NCBI GenBank assembly: GCA_041389045.1
Contig: JAWKSQ010000001.1
Coordinates: 331,063 to 395,062 of the forward strand
From: Minisyncoccota bacterium
GTDB taxonomy: Bacteria; Patescibacteriota; Minisyncoccia; Phycocordibacterales; UBA918
Direction of reading: 5' to 3'
DNA: 64,000 nt
The translations under genes and the position numbers were made by a program. How positions within the stretch are numbered: position 1 is the first letter of the stretch; each line of letters starts with the position of its first letter. The notes beneath the pieces were generated by a model, which was given only the letters and a program-made list of their open reading frames with translations, had not been told where the DNA came from and searched no databases. Below are positions 19,285 to 27,539 of the stretch, piece by piece.

Positions 19285-20652
19285 ATGGGTAAGTTTGTTT
19301 TGGTTTTATTTCTAGGGGTGGCTATTTTTAGTTACCAGGTTTTGACTGTTTCAGCGGAGACAGAGTCAGAGAGACGACTGAGACTTGAGACAGAACTGCA
19401 GAATGTTGAACGTCAGATCTTGACTCAGAGTCGTCTAGTGGAAGATAAGCAACTTGAAAGGCAGTCACTCGAAAGAGACGTAGCTATTATAGAAGGGCAG
19501 ATCACTCAGGCCAAACTTGGTATTCAAGCCCGGTCGGTCGCTATCATGCAGTTGAGTGACCAGATCTCTGACAAGAAAGAAACACTAGAAATACTCGAAG
19601 CAAAATTAAACAGACAAAAGGATTCACTGGCTGATTTGATTCGTAAGTCAGTCTTGCTTGATGACTACACCTTGGTTGAAGTAATGCTTAGTAAACAAAA
19701 TTTTTCGGAGTTCTTTTCTGACGTGGCTAACTACCAATCTCTGAAAGAATCACTGAATGAATCTCTAGGTATACTGCAATCGATTAGACAGGATACTCAT
19801 TTTCAAAAGAACCAGCTTGAATCAAAGCACGAAAGTGAGGCTGAGATGAAAAGGATTCAAGAATTGCAAAAAGCAGAAATTGAAAGAAAAGAAAAAGAAA
19901 AAGAGCAAATCTTAGCTGTCACTAAAGGTGAAGAGAAGGCTTATCAGCAATTACTAGAGTCACAACAGCGGACAGCTTCACAGTTACGTAGTGCATTGTT
20001 CCAGCTACTTGGTGGCGGTGGCGGTATTCCTTTTCCGGAAGCGGTTGAGTTAGCTAAGTATGCTGAAAAACAAACTGGGGTGGCAGCTGGTTTGATTTTG
20101 GCGATTTTGGAACAAGAAACTAACCTGGGTTCCAACTTGGGTAGTTGTATCTATAGTGATATGAGGGGAGGTAAGGCGGTCATGCATCCAGATCGTGATG
20201 CACCAATATTTGTAGCTATCTCTAGCATCCTTGGGTTTGATCCAAAGACCCGTTCAGTGTCATGTCCGATTGTTAGTAATGGTGAACGATATGGTTGGGG
20301 AGGAGCAATGGGTCCTTCACAGTTTATTCCTTCCACCTGGGCCATTTACGGCGGTATAGTCAATAATGGTAATGGTTGGACTTATAGTCAGGCGAACGAT
20401 GCTATTAGAAGAATCAATGGTAGTGGACTACCAGCCAATCCATTCAATAACCGCGACGCTTTCTTAGCGACAGCACTTCTCCTGCGCGATAACGGGGCTA
20501 CGGGCGCTCATAGTAGTGATAGATTAGCGGCATTGCGCTACTATGCTGGATGGGGTGGGGCTAGTAACCCAGCCAACGCTTTCTATGGCGATCAGGTAAT
20601 GAATCGTAAACTGCGCCTTGATCAAGAAATGAAGGTTCTCTCCGGTAGTTAA
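19285..20652 (+). CDS. Secreted coiled-coil protein with C-terminal MltB/SLT_2-like lytic transglycosylase domain
   Basis: 455 aa with a signal peptide and ~230 aa of heptad-rich sequence. This is followed by LILAILEQETNLGSNLG (catalytic Glu context) and WGGAMGPSQFIPSTW. Confidence 0.75.
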   Translation: MGKFVLVLFLGVAIFSYQVLTVSAETESERRLRLETELQNVERQILTQSRLVEDKQLERQSLERDVAIIEGQITQAKLGIQARSVAIMQLSDQISDKKETLEILEAKLNRQKDSLADLIRKSVLLDDYTLVEVMLSKQNFSEFFSDVANYQSLKESLNESLGILQSIRQDTHFQKNQLESKHESEAEMKRIQELQKAEIERKEKEKEQILAVTKGEEKAYQQLLESQQRTASQLRSALFQLLGGGGGIPFPEAVELAKYAEKQTGVAAGLILAILEQETNLGSNLGSCIYSDMRGGKAVMHPDRDAPIFVAISSILGFDPKTRSVSCPIVSNGERYGWGGAMGPSQFIPSTWAIYGGIVNNGNGWTYSQANDAIRRINGSGLPANPFNNRDAFLATALLLRDNGATGAHSSDRLAALRYYAGWGGASNPANAFYGDQVMNRKLRLDQEMKVLSGS

Positions 20653-20696
20653 CAAAAGTTGCTTTATTATCCATATTTGCTATAGTACCTCCACAT

Positions 20697-20968
20697 ATGA
20701 AAGCTGAAATTCATCCGGACAATTATCGTTTAGTAATTTTTAAAGACAACTCAAGTGGTGAGCGGTTTTTAGTAGGTTCAACTATTAATACTACCAAGAC
20801 TGATACTTGGACTGATGGCAAGGAGTACCCTGTCTCATTCGTAGAAGTATCAAGTGCTTCTCATCCTTTCTATACTGGACAAAGAAGATTATGGACACGG
20901 CTGGACGCGTCGAAAGATTTAAGGCTAGAGCAGCTAAGGCTTCAGCGGGATCTAAAAAGTCTAAGTAA
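20697..20968 (+). CDS. rpmE: Ribosomal protein L31 (frameshifted at the A-run 20881-20883)
   Basis: MKAEIHPDNY ... SSASHPFYTGQ. Adding one A restores KKIMDTAGRVERFKARAAKASAGSKKSK and a stop at 20966-20968. Confidence 0.85.
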
Positions 20969-20974
20969 CCAAAA

Positions 20975-21007
20975 GTCCGCTTCGAAGTAAATTCGAGCGG
21001 ATTTTTT
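20975..21007 (+). terminator. Rho-independent terminator after rpmE
   Basis: tccgcttcgaa ... ttcgagcgga followed by tttttt. Confidence 0.7.
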
Positions 21008-21029
21008 GTATGTAGGATACAATTAATAT

Positions 21030-22016
21030 ATGGAATACATAGAAGAAGAATTACAAGCTTTTCGTGACAACCACAAGACACAGTTCTTGGCTGGGCAGTT
21101 TGATGAATTGACTAAGAAACAGGAGGAGTCAATTGCCGTTGGCCAGTCTGATCCAGAGATGGCGTTACTAGTTGAAGAAGAAGTGTCAGCGCTAGAAACG
21201 CAAAGGCAGGCCCTCTACGGTGAAATGCAAAAAATTACCGCGGCCATAAAAGTTGAGGAGGATAAACCTTACGGAGTGATACTGGAAGTAAGAGCTGGAG
21301 CTGGGGGAGACGAAGCGGCTTTGTTTGCAGAGCAACTAGCCAATATGTACTTAAGTTATGCTGGGTTACAAGGGTGGTTATGTTCGGTTGAGAATGAATC
21401 AAGGGGTTCAGCGGGGGGATATAAAGAAGCGACTTTTGAGATTATTCATCCTAAGGCCTATGATGATTTGCGTTACGAAACTGGGGTGCATCGAGTGCAG
21501 AGAATTCCGGTGACGGAAAAAGCGGGTCGGATCCATACTTCGACGGCGTCAGTAGCTATCTTGCCGATGAGACGAAAGCCGACCATTGAGGTTAATCCAA
21601 CTGATATTCAGATGGAGTTTTCTCGTTCGGGAGGAGCTGGTGGACAAAACGTCAATAAGGTAGAAACTGCCGTGCGTTTAGTCCATATACCGACAGGGAT
21701 TGAGGTGCGAAGTCAGTCTGAACGTTCTCAGTTAAAGAATCGTGAAAAGGCGATGACCATCCTAACTGCTAAACTTGAGGCGATGCATGAAGAAGAGGAA
21801 GCTAAGGCGCACGCCTCTGAGCGTAAGGACCAGATTGGTACTGGTGATCGGTCGGAAAAAATTCGTACTTACAACTTTCCCCAGAACCGTATCACTGACC
21901 ATCGCATCAAGGTGTCTTGGCATAATATAGAGGGGACTATGGCAGGAGGGATCGGACCGATGATTGAAGCCTTAAAAGAGGCTACCGGGACCGGCTCTGA
22001 TGTTGCGTCTACTTAG
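21030..22016 (+). CDS. prfA: Peptide chain release factor 1
   Basis: 328 aa. PVT tripeptide ([14 protein letters not shown]) and the GGQ motif ([24 protein letters not shown]). Confidence 0.9.
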   Translation: MEYIEEELQAFRDNHKTQFLAGQFDELTKKQEESIAVGQSDPEMALLVEEEVSALETQRQALYGEMQKITAAIKVEEDKPYGVILEVRAGAGGDEAALFAEQLANMYLSYAGLQGWLCSVENESRGSAGGYKEATFEIIHPKAYDDLRYETGVHRVQRIPVTEKAGRIHTSTASVAILPMRRKPTIEVNPTDIQMEFSRSGGAGGQNVNKVETAVRLVHIPTGIEVRSQSERSQLKNREKAMTILTAKLEAMHEEEEAKAHASERKDQIGTGDRSEKIRTYNFPQNRITDHRIKVSWHNIEGTMAGGIGPMIEALKEATGTGSDVAST

Positions 22017-22073
22017 TATATATGATAGCATCACGGGGCTTAAGCGCAGTGCGCTTTTTTGCTTAGTATTCTT

Positions 22074-22841
22074 ATGTCAACAAACACAAATAATTCATCA
22101 TTAATCGAGCGCTTATTTAGCGTCGGAGCCCACTTTGGCTTCAAAAAAAGTCGACGTCATCCAACCGTGACGCCTTATTTATATGGTACAAAGGAAGGTA
22201 ACGATATTTTCGACCTTGAAAAAACAGCTGATTTAGTCGCTAAGGCTTCAGCTGTCCTAAAGGAGGCTGGTATGAACGGGAAGACGGTACTTTTCGTTGG
22301 TACTAAAGAAGAAGTAGTGAAGGCGGTAGCTTCTGCTGCTGCCAAAGTAGAAATGCCTTTTGTGGTCAATCGTTGGATTGGAGGAATGCTAACCAACTTC
22401 TCTGAGATTCGAAAAAGAATCAACCGATTAGAAGAAATTACTAGCGGTAATGAATCTGGTGAACTAGAACGTAAGTACACTAAGAAGGAACGCATGATGC
22501 TAGGTCGTGAAGCGACTAAGCTTGAACATAACTTCAAGGGTATTAGTACTATCATAAGATTGACTTTATGGTTGTGGTTGACCCGAGACATGATCATATT
22601 GCTGTTAAAAAAGCTCGCGATATGAAAGTGCCAATCATTGGTATCATGAGTTCTGACTTCTGTAATGTGTCGGAAATTACTTACCCAGTTGTTATTAACG
22701 ACTATTTACAGGGGAAGTGTAGCGGTTATCCTAGAAGAACTTACAACCGCTCTGAAGCGCTGTGGTAAAGCAGAATTTGTACCAAAGCCAGTAGCGCCAC
22801 GGACAGAATCTCGTCCTCGAACTCGCGCACCTCGCGCCTAA
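22074..22841 (+). CDS. rpsB: Ribosomal protein S2 (two apparent frameshifts, near 22560 and near 22715)
   Basis: FGFKKSRRHPTV ... NRWIGGMLTNF, then VVVDPRHDHIAVKKARDMKVPIIGI in the +1 frame. The C-terminus VAVILEELTTALKRCGK ... RAPRA lies in a third frame and ends at TAA 22839-22841. Confidence 0.85.
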
Positions 22842-22907
22842 TTAACCATTACCTAAGCAGGTTTGGTGGATTCTTTTATCAAAATTTAAAGTAGAGATTT
22901 ATAGTAT

Positions 22908-23492
22908 ATGGAAATAACATCAACACAACTAAAAGAATTACGCGATAAGACTGGAATTTCAGTCATGCAGTGTAAGAAGGCTCTGGAAGAGGCAGGGGGT
23001 GATATGGAAAAGGCGGTAATTATTCTCAAGAAAAAGCGTAGTGAAGCAGCTGAGAAAAAGTCTGACCGTGAGCTCGGAGCTGGAGCAGTTGGTGTTTATA
23101 TTCACAATACAAATGAAGTGGCTTCAATGGTTCTACTTAGTTGCGAGACTGACTTTGTGTCAAAGAACGAAGAATTCGTGGCTTTAGCTAAAGAAGTGGC
23201 TATGCACGTAGCTGCCACTAACCCGACTTACATCACTAAAGATGAAGTGCCAGCGGAGGCGACCCAAAAGGCTAAGGAAGTATTTATGTCTGAGGTGACC
23301 GATAAACCAGCTGATATGCAAGCTAAGATTGTTGAAGGTAAGATGTCATCTTACTTCAAGGAACAAATCCTACTGGAGCAACCATTCATTAAAAATCCAG
23401 ACACTACTATCGGTGAAATGATCACTGGTGCAGTACAAAAGTTTGGTGAAAACGTTGTGGTGTCAAAAATTTCACGTTTCTCAGTAAAATAA
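22908..23492 (+). CDS. tsf: Elongation factor Ts (short form, 194 aa)
   Basis: N-terminal UBA-like LKELRDKTGISVMQCKKALEEAGGDMEKA and the core domain ETDFVSKNEEF. Confidence 0.9.
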   Translation: MEITSTQLKELRDKTGISVMQCKKALEEAGGDMEKAVIILKKKRSEAAEKKSDRELGAGAVGVYIHNTNEVASMVLLSCETDFVSKNEEFVALAKEVAMHVAATNPTYITKDEVPAEATQKAKEVFMSEVTDKPADMQAKIVEGKMSSYFKEQILLEQPFIKNPDTTIGEMITGAVQKFGENVVVSKISRFSVK

Positions 23493-23493
23493 A

Positions 23494-23940
23494 GTGTCAG
23501 CTATGCTTAGTGCTGGAGCGTTATTTTTCACTAGCTTAGGTTTACTTCTCCTGTTCGCTTTTTTTACTTCTTGGGAACAGCAGAAAGGTGCTAGAGTGTT
23601 GTTACCGCGTCTGCGAGAAATGTTGGACACTCTCATCCTTAAGGTGTATGAGTATTTGAAGTCAAAGGTTAAATATCTGGTTAGACACACCATTAAGCTT
23701 TCTTGGTATTACAGTATTCATTCAATGCTGAAAACCATTATGACTCTTTTAGTTAAGGCTTATGACCGACTCGAGCTGGTTTTCATGGAGAATCGTGAAC
23801 GAGCCAAAGTTTTGCGAGCAGAAAAAAGACTAATGACTAAAGATAATCACTTAACTGCCATGGTAGAACATAAGGCGTCGACCGCTTTAACAGATAGCCA
23901 GAAGAAAAAACTGAAAGCCAAAAAATTAGAACGGGAATAA
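23494..23940 (+). CDS. Hypothetical membrane-anchored protein
   Basis: 148 aa. One N-terminal TM (GALFFTSLGLLLLFAFF) and a Lys-rich C-terminus. No recognisable family. Confidence 0.45.
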   Translation: MSAMLSAGALFFTSLGLLLLFAFFTSWEQQKGARVLLPRLREMLDTLILKVYEYLKSKVKYLVRHTIKLSWYYSIHSMLKTIMTLLVKAYDRLELVFMENRERAKVLRAEKRLMTKDNHLTAMVEHKASTALTDSQKKKLKAKKLERE

Positions 23941-24008
23941 TGGGTTGCACTTTTTTCTAAAAACGGCATAATAGCAGTCACTCGTAAGAGTAAATCAAAA
24001 GTAGTATG

Positions 24009-24236
24009 GCCATCTTAGCTCAGTTGGAGAGTTAAAATAATCTGGGAGATTATTTTAAAGTTATCAAAACCGTTTCTCCATTTTGAACACAGAGGGCGGT
24101 CAGTAGAGTAGGGAAGCATTGCCATCTTAGCTCAGTTGGAGAGTTAAAATAATCTGGGAGATTATTTTAAAGTTTTGTCACAAAACCGTTTCTCCATTTT
24201 GAACACAGAAGGCGGTCAGTAGAGTAGGGAAGCATT
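24009..24236 (+). repeat. Two tandem degenerate tRNA-Thr-derived units (112 and 116 bp) immediately upstream of the intact tRNA
   Basis: Units start at 24009 and 24121. Each opens with gccatcttagctcagttgg, identical to tRNA positions 1-19, followed by (a)gag. Each carries a 27-nt perfect hairpin (ttaaaataatct-ggg-agattattttaa). Unit 2 also has an anticodon-arm-like remnant (ttttgtcacaaaaccgt). Neither unit has an acceptor 3' strand. Confidence 0.85.
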
Positions 24237-24309
24237 GCCATCTTAGCTCAGTTGGTAGAGCAACGGTTTTGTAAACCGTGGGTCGTCAGTTCAAATCTGA
24301 CAGATGGCT
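24237..24309 (+). tRNA. tRNA-Thr (anticodon UGU)
   Basis: Manual cloverleaf: acceptor GCCATCT/AGATGGC, D arm GCTC-AGTTGGTA-GAGC, anticodon arm ACGGT-TTTGTAA-ACCGT, variable GGGTC, T arm GTCAG-TTCAAAT-CTGAC, discriminator U. No encoded CCA. Confidence 0.9.
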
Positions 24310-24345
24310 CCGACACGAGGGTCGTGATACGAGTGAAGCGAGTAA

Positions 24346-24405
24346 GGAACTACAAAAAATACCTTAAGGAAAGTTAACTTTCCTTAAGGTATTTTTTGTA
24401 GTTCC
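24346..24405. repeat. Perfect 60-bp palindrome (30 + 30, no loop)
   Basis: ggaactacaaaaaataccttaaggaaagtt / aactttccttaaggtattttttgtagttcc. It lies 37 bp past the tRNA 3' end. Confidence 0.9.
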
Positions 24406-24770
24406 AGTCTGGCCTTAGCCAGACGTAATCATGACCGAGTGAGGCCAATCTGTATGCTTTGCATACAGATGGTCAATAACCCATTCAAGACCTCTAAAGC
24501 TATGCTTGACCCCTCAAGACTTCCAGTGAGGCCAATCTGTATCCGCAGATACAGATGGCGTGTAATAGCGCTTCATAAATAATAATCAACAAAGTATCTA
24601 TCAATAAGTTTCAGTTCCAGTCAACCAGACGTAGTCATGACCGAGTGAGGCCAATCTGTATGCTTTGCATACAGATGGTCAATAACCCATTTAAGATCTC
24701 TAAAGCTATGCTTGACCCCTCAAGACTTCCGAGTGAGGCTATGCTGTATCGCAGATACAGATGACTAATC
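24400..24770 (+). repeat. Two copies (period 212 bp) of a ~160-bp unit, each with two hairpins that mimic the tRNA-Thr acceptor stem
   Basis: Copies start at 24400 and 24612, both with agttccagtc. Hairpins are at 24444-24473, 24531-24559, 24649-24678 and a degenerate one at 24737-24764. Their form is gcca(a)tct-gtat-loop-atac-agatgg(c/t). Confidence 0.85.
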
Positions 24771-24868
24771 TCAAAATTTACCTTGACAAACTCTTGATAA
24801 ATATAAATTATATCTTCCATAGGTAACCCTGACCTAAATTCAGGGAAAGTTTTCTAGGGAGAAAAGTA

Positions 24869-25251
24869 GTGAAATTGCTAATTGTTGAAGACCAACCTAG
24901 TTGGCAATCCTATTTTCGAGACTACGTTTTGCCAAAGGTCAGATTTTGAGGTGTTATTCGTTAACGACCTCTCCGAAGTGACTGTAGCGTTACTGGACGA
25001 TAAACAACATTTTGATGCCCTGATCGTTACAAACATCTTCGGTGTTGAACTTGTTCGTGCCTTGAGCGTACACCTTGCATTCAAAGGAAATGAAGCTCAT
25101 CATTCTTACTGTGGAGGATTACTGGAGGTTAGAGGCACTGGTTGCTGGGGCGACTCTGTTTCAGAACAAGTTTGACCTAAGGTGCTTGAGCTTCGTGCGT
25201 TGCTCACATTGCCACCTTGAATCCGTCACTACCCTTGAGAAGCGCCCCTAG
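24869..25251 (+). pseudogene. Stand-alone response-regulator receiver (CheY-like) gene with at least 2 frameshifts
   Basis: VKLLIVEDQPS in frame 1. FEVLFVNDLSEVTVALLDDKQHFDALIVT in frame 2. MKLIILTVEDYWRLEALVAGATLFQNKFD in frame 3, ending at TAG 25249-25251. A TTGACA promoter-like box lies at 24783. Confidence 0.7.
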
Positions 25252-25410
25252 GCTCTCTCGGGCGGTTTTTTCATATCCTAAAAACCTCCGGCCAGCCGGA
25301 GAGTACGTTAAGGCAACGCATATACTAAAGCCGAGTGATAGCTTTAGTAATAACCTAAATACGTATGCGCAAACGCTACATTAAAACACTAGCACATTAT
25401 TTACTACGAG

Positions 25411-25810
25411 ATGAAATACCATCTCGTCTGGACTCCCAAAATACCGAGGCAAGGTACTAGGACCACAAAAGGTTAAAGATGAATTGAGACGTACTTTTGA
25501 ATCAATCACTAAATACAGACACTGGAAATAATCGAACTAAACATCCAAGATGATCATATCCACTTAATACTGAGTGCTTCTCCGAGGGATTCAGTCTCGT
25601 ACCTGATGCAAATAATTAAAGGTAAAAGCTCAGCTTGGATGAAGAAAATAAAACGTGCTCATGGTCTCTATGAAAAAGAATCACTCTGGGCAGAGGTTAT
25701 TTCGTCTCTACGATCGGTCTAGATGAAATGATTATCCGTCGGTACGTGAAGCATCAAGATCATCATAATCAAGTTGATCAACCATCACTATTTAACAAAC
25801 TAATCTCCTA
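25411..25810 (+). mobile_element. tnpA: IS200/IS605-family Y1 (HUH) transposase tnpA relic with at least 3 frameshifts
   Basis: MKYHLVWTPK, then across frames YRGKVLGPQKVKDELRR ... IQDDHIHLILSASP (HUH) ... IIKGKSSAWM ... LWAEGYFVSTIG ... IIRRYVKHQ (catalytic Tyr context). Flanking hairpins are at ~25288-25304 (ctccggccagccggag) and 25874-25895 (ccaccggacctaagtccggtgg). Confidence 0.8.
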
Positions 25811-25971
25811 GCAACTACAGATCAGCCGGCTTAAATAGCTCGGAGTGGATTCATCCGACTAGGATGAACCAAAGCCACCGGACCTAAGTCCGGTGGTTGT
25901 TTACTTGTCTTAGTAGCTGTGATGCAATTTACTTCCAAAATTACCAAAATAAGGCTATACTCAACACCATT

Positions 25972-27528
25972 ATGGTAGAAAATGAGCAGTTGCTCCCATA
26001 CGCTAGAAGACCTGATTTCCACGTTGGACGGGCGACAGAGTTAAAGGGCCGGCGACGGCTTTTTTATCGTTGTTTGGAAATTATGCCTGGTCTAGCGTCT
26101 TGGGGTACTTTAATTGGGGTGGTGCTACTTTCTATTTATACACCCTTTGTTGCCGCTTACTTTGTGATTGCTTTTGCTCTGTACTGGGTACTGAAAACGG
26201 CTTTTTTATCCTACCACTTACGCTATAACTGGAAGAGACTCAGACATCATATGAGTTTGGATTGGCAGTCACTAATCGCTCGGTTTACCTATGACCACAT
26301 CTACCACGTAGTCATTTTACCTTTCTATAAGGAACCCACTAGTGTAGTTGAAGCTAGTCTCGACGCCCTGGCGAAAGTAAACTATGATCATAAAAATATT
26401 ATTATAGTTCTAGCGGCTGAGGAAAGAGCGGGGGAGTCGGCCACTACCACCCTTAGGGAGATGAAGGAAAAGTTCGCTGGCAAGTTTGGTTTTTTCTTGA
26501 CGACAGTTCATCCAATGGATGTTCCTGGTGAAGCGATTGGTAAAGGTTCTAATGCATCTTATGCGGCAGAGCAAGTGCGGGTAAAAGTACTGGATGCCCA
26601 CGGTATTCGCTACAACCACACCTTGGTGTCTATTTTTGATATTGATACTGTCCTTTACCCAGATTATTTCAATTGTTTGATTTGGCATTTTATGACGGCC
26701 AAGCAACCACTCAAGAGTTCTTTCCAGCCAGTGCCGATTTTTAATAACAACATTTGGGAAGCTCCGGCAGTGTCACGAGTAGTAGCTATGAGTAGTACCT
26801 TTTGGGAGATGATCCAACAAGAAAGACCAGAGCGGATGGCCACTTTTTCTTCACACTCGGTCAGTTTTAAAGCCCTCTACGAAGTTGGTTATTGGCAAAC
26901 CAACATGGTGAGTGAGGATTCTCGGATTTTCTGGAATTTATTAATTGCCAACAATGGTAATTATGATGTCGTACCGTTATCTTATCCGGTCTCGATGGAT
27001 GCTAATGCCGGTTCATCACTTTGGCAGACATTGGTGCAGATCTATAAACAACACCGACGCTGGACTTATGGTGTCGAGAATCTTTGTTACGTTATTTATC
27101 ATTTTACTCAAAACAAAGACATCCCTCGTGGCAAAAGAATTAAATTGGCCCTGCAACAAGCTGAAGGTTATTGGTCTTTAGTTACTAACCCCATCATGCT
27201 TTTTATTTTGGGCTGGGCACCACTTTTCCTGGGTGGACAAGAATTTCATAAGACAGTCTTGTCTTACAATTTGCCAATCATGGTAAGAGACCTACTTATT
27301 TTGGCTATGTTTGGACTAGTAGTATCTTCGATTATTTCTTTAACACTGATTCCACCAAGACCAGAAAAGGCTAGTCGTTTTCGTTACGTAGTGATGGCTT
27401 TGCAGTGGGTAATGATTCCGGCTACGATGATTATCTTCAGTGCTATTCCTGGTCTCGACGCCCAAACGAGGCTAATGTTTGGACGTTATATGGGCTTCTG
27501 GGTAACACCAAAAGTTCGGTCCGTTTGA
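25972..27528 (+). CDS. Processive family-2 glycosyltransferase (cellulose/chitin-synthase-like), polytopic membrane protein
   Basis: ILPFYKEP, SIFDIDT, VSEDSRIFW and the QHRRW (Q-x-x-R-W) motif, with multiple TM segments at both ends. ATG 25972 is preferred over TTG 25897, which lies inside a hairpin. Confidence 0.85.
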   Translation: MVENEQLLPYARRPDFHVGRATELKGRRRLFYRCLEIMPGLASWGTLIGVVLLSIYTPFVAAYFVIAFALYWVLKTAFLSYHLRYNWKRLRHHMSLDWQSLIARFTYDHIYHVVILPFYKEPTSVVEASLDALAKVNYDHKNIIIVLAAEERAGESATTTLREMKEKFAGKFGFFLTTVHPMDVPGEAIGKGSNASYAAEQVRVKVLDAHGIRYNHTLVSIFDIDTVLYPDYFNCLIWHFMTAKQPLKSSFQPVPIFNNNIWEAPAVSRVVAMSSTFWEMIQQERPERMATFSSHSVSFKALYEVGYWQTNMVSEDSRIFWNLLIANNGNYDVVPLSYPVSMDANAGSSLWQTLVQIYKQHRRWTYGVENLCYVIYHFTQNKDIPRGKRIKLALQQAEGYWSLVTNPIMLFILGWAPLFLGGQEFHKTVLSYNLPIMVRDLLILAMFGLVVSSIISLTLIPPRPEKASRFRYVVMALQWVMIPATMIIFSAIPGLDAQTRLMFGRYMGFWVTPKVRSV

Positions 27529-27539
27529 TAAATTATATT

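Noticed and set aside
21030-22016. Programmed +1 frameshift of a release-factor gene.
   Set aside because: The gene is RF1 (PVT tripeptide, not SPF) and is a single uninterrupted ORF. The prfB-type frameshift site is not relevant here.
24009-24770. Possible CRISPR array around tRNA-Thr, because of regularly spaced repeats with hairpins.
   Set aside because: The repeat periods are 112-116 bp and 212 bp with only two copies each. The spacers are themselves repeated, the hairpins derive from the tRNA acceptor stem, and no cas genes occur in the window.
24310-25971. An intact integrated element or prophage at the tRNA-Thr 3' side.
   Set aside because: Only 1.6 kb lies between the tRNA and the next core-like gene. 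No integrase, excisionase or phage genes are present. The content is repeats plus two decayed genes, so at most it holds remnants.
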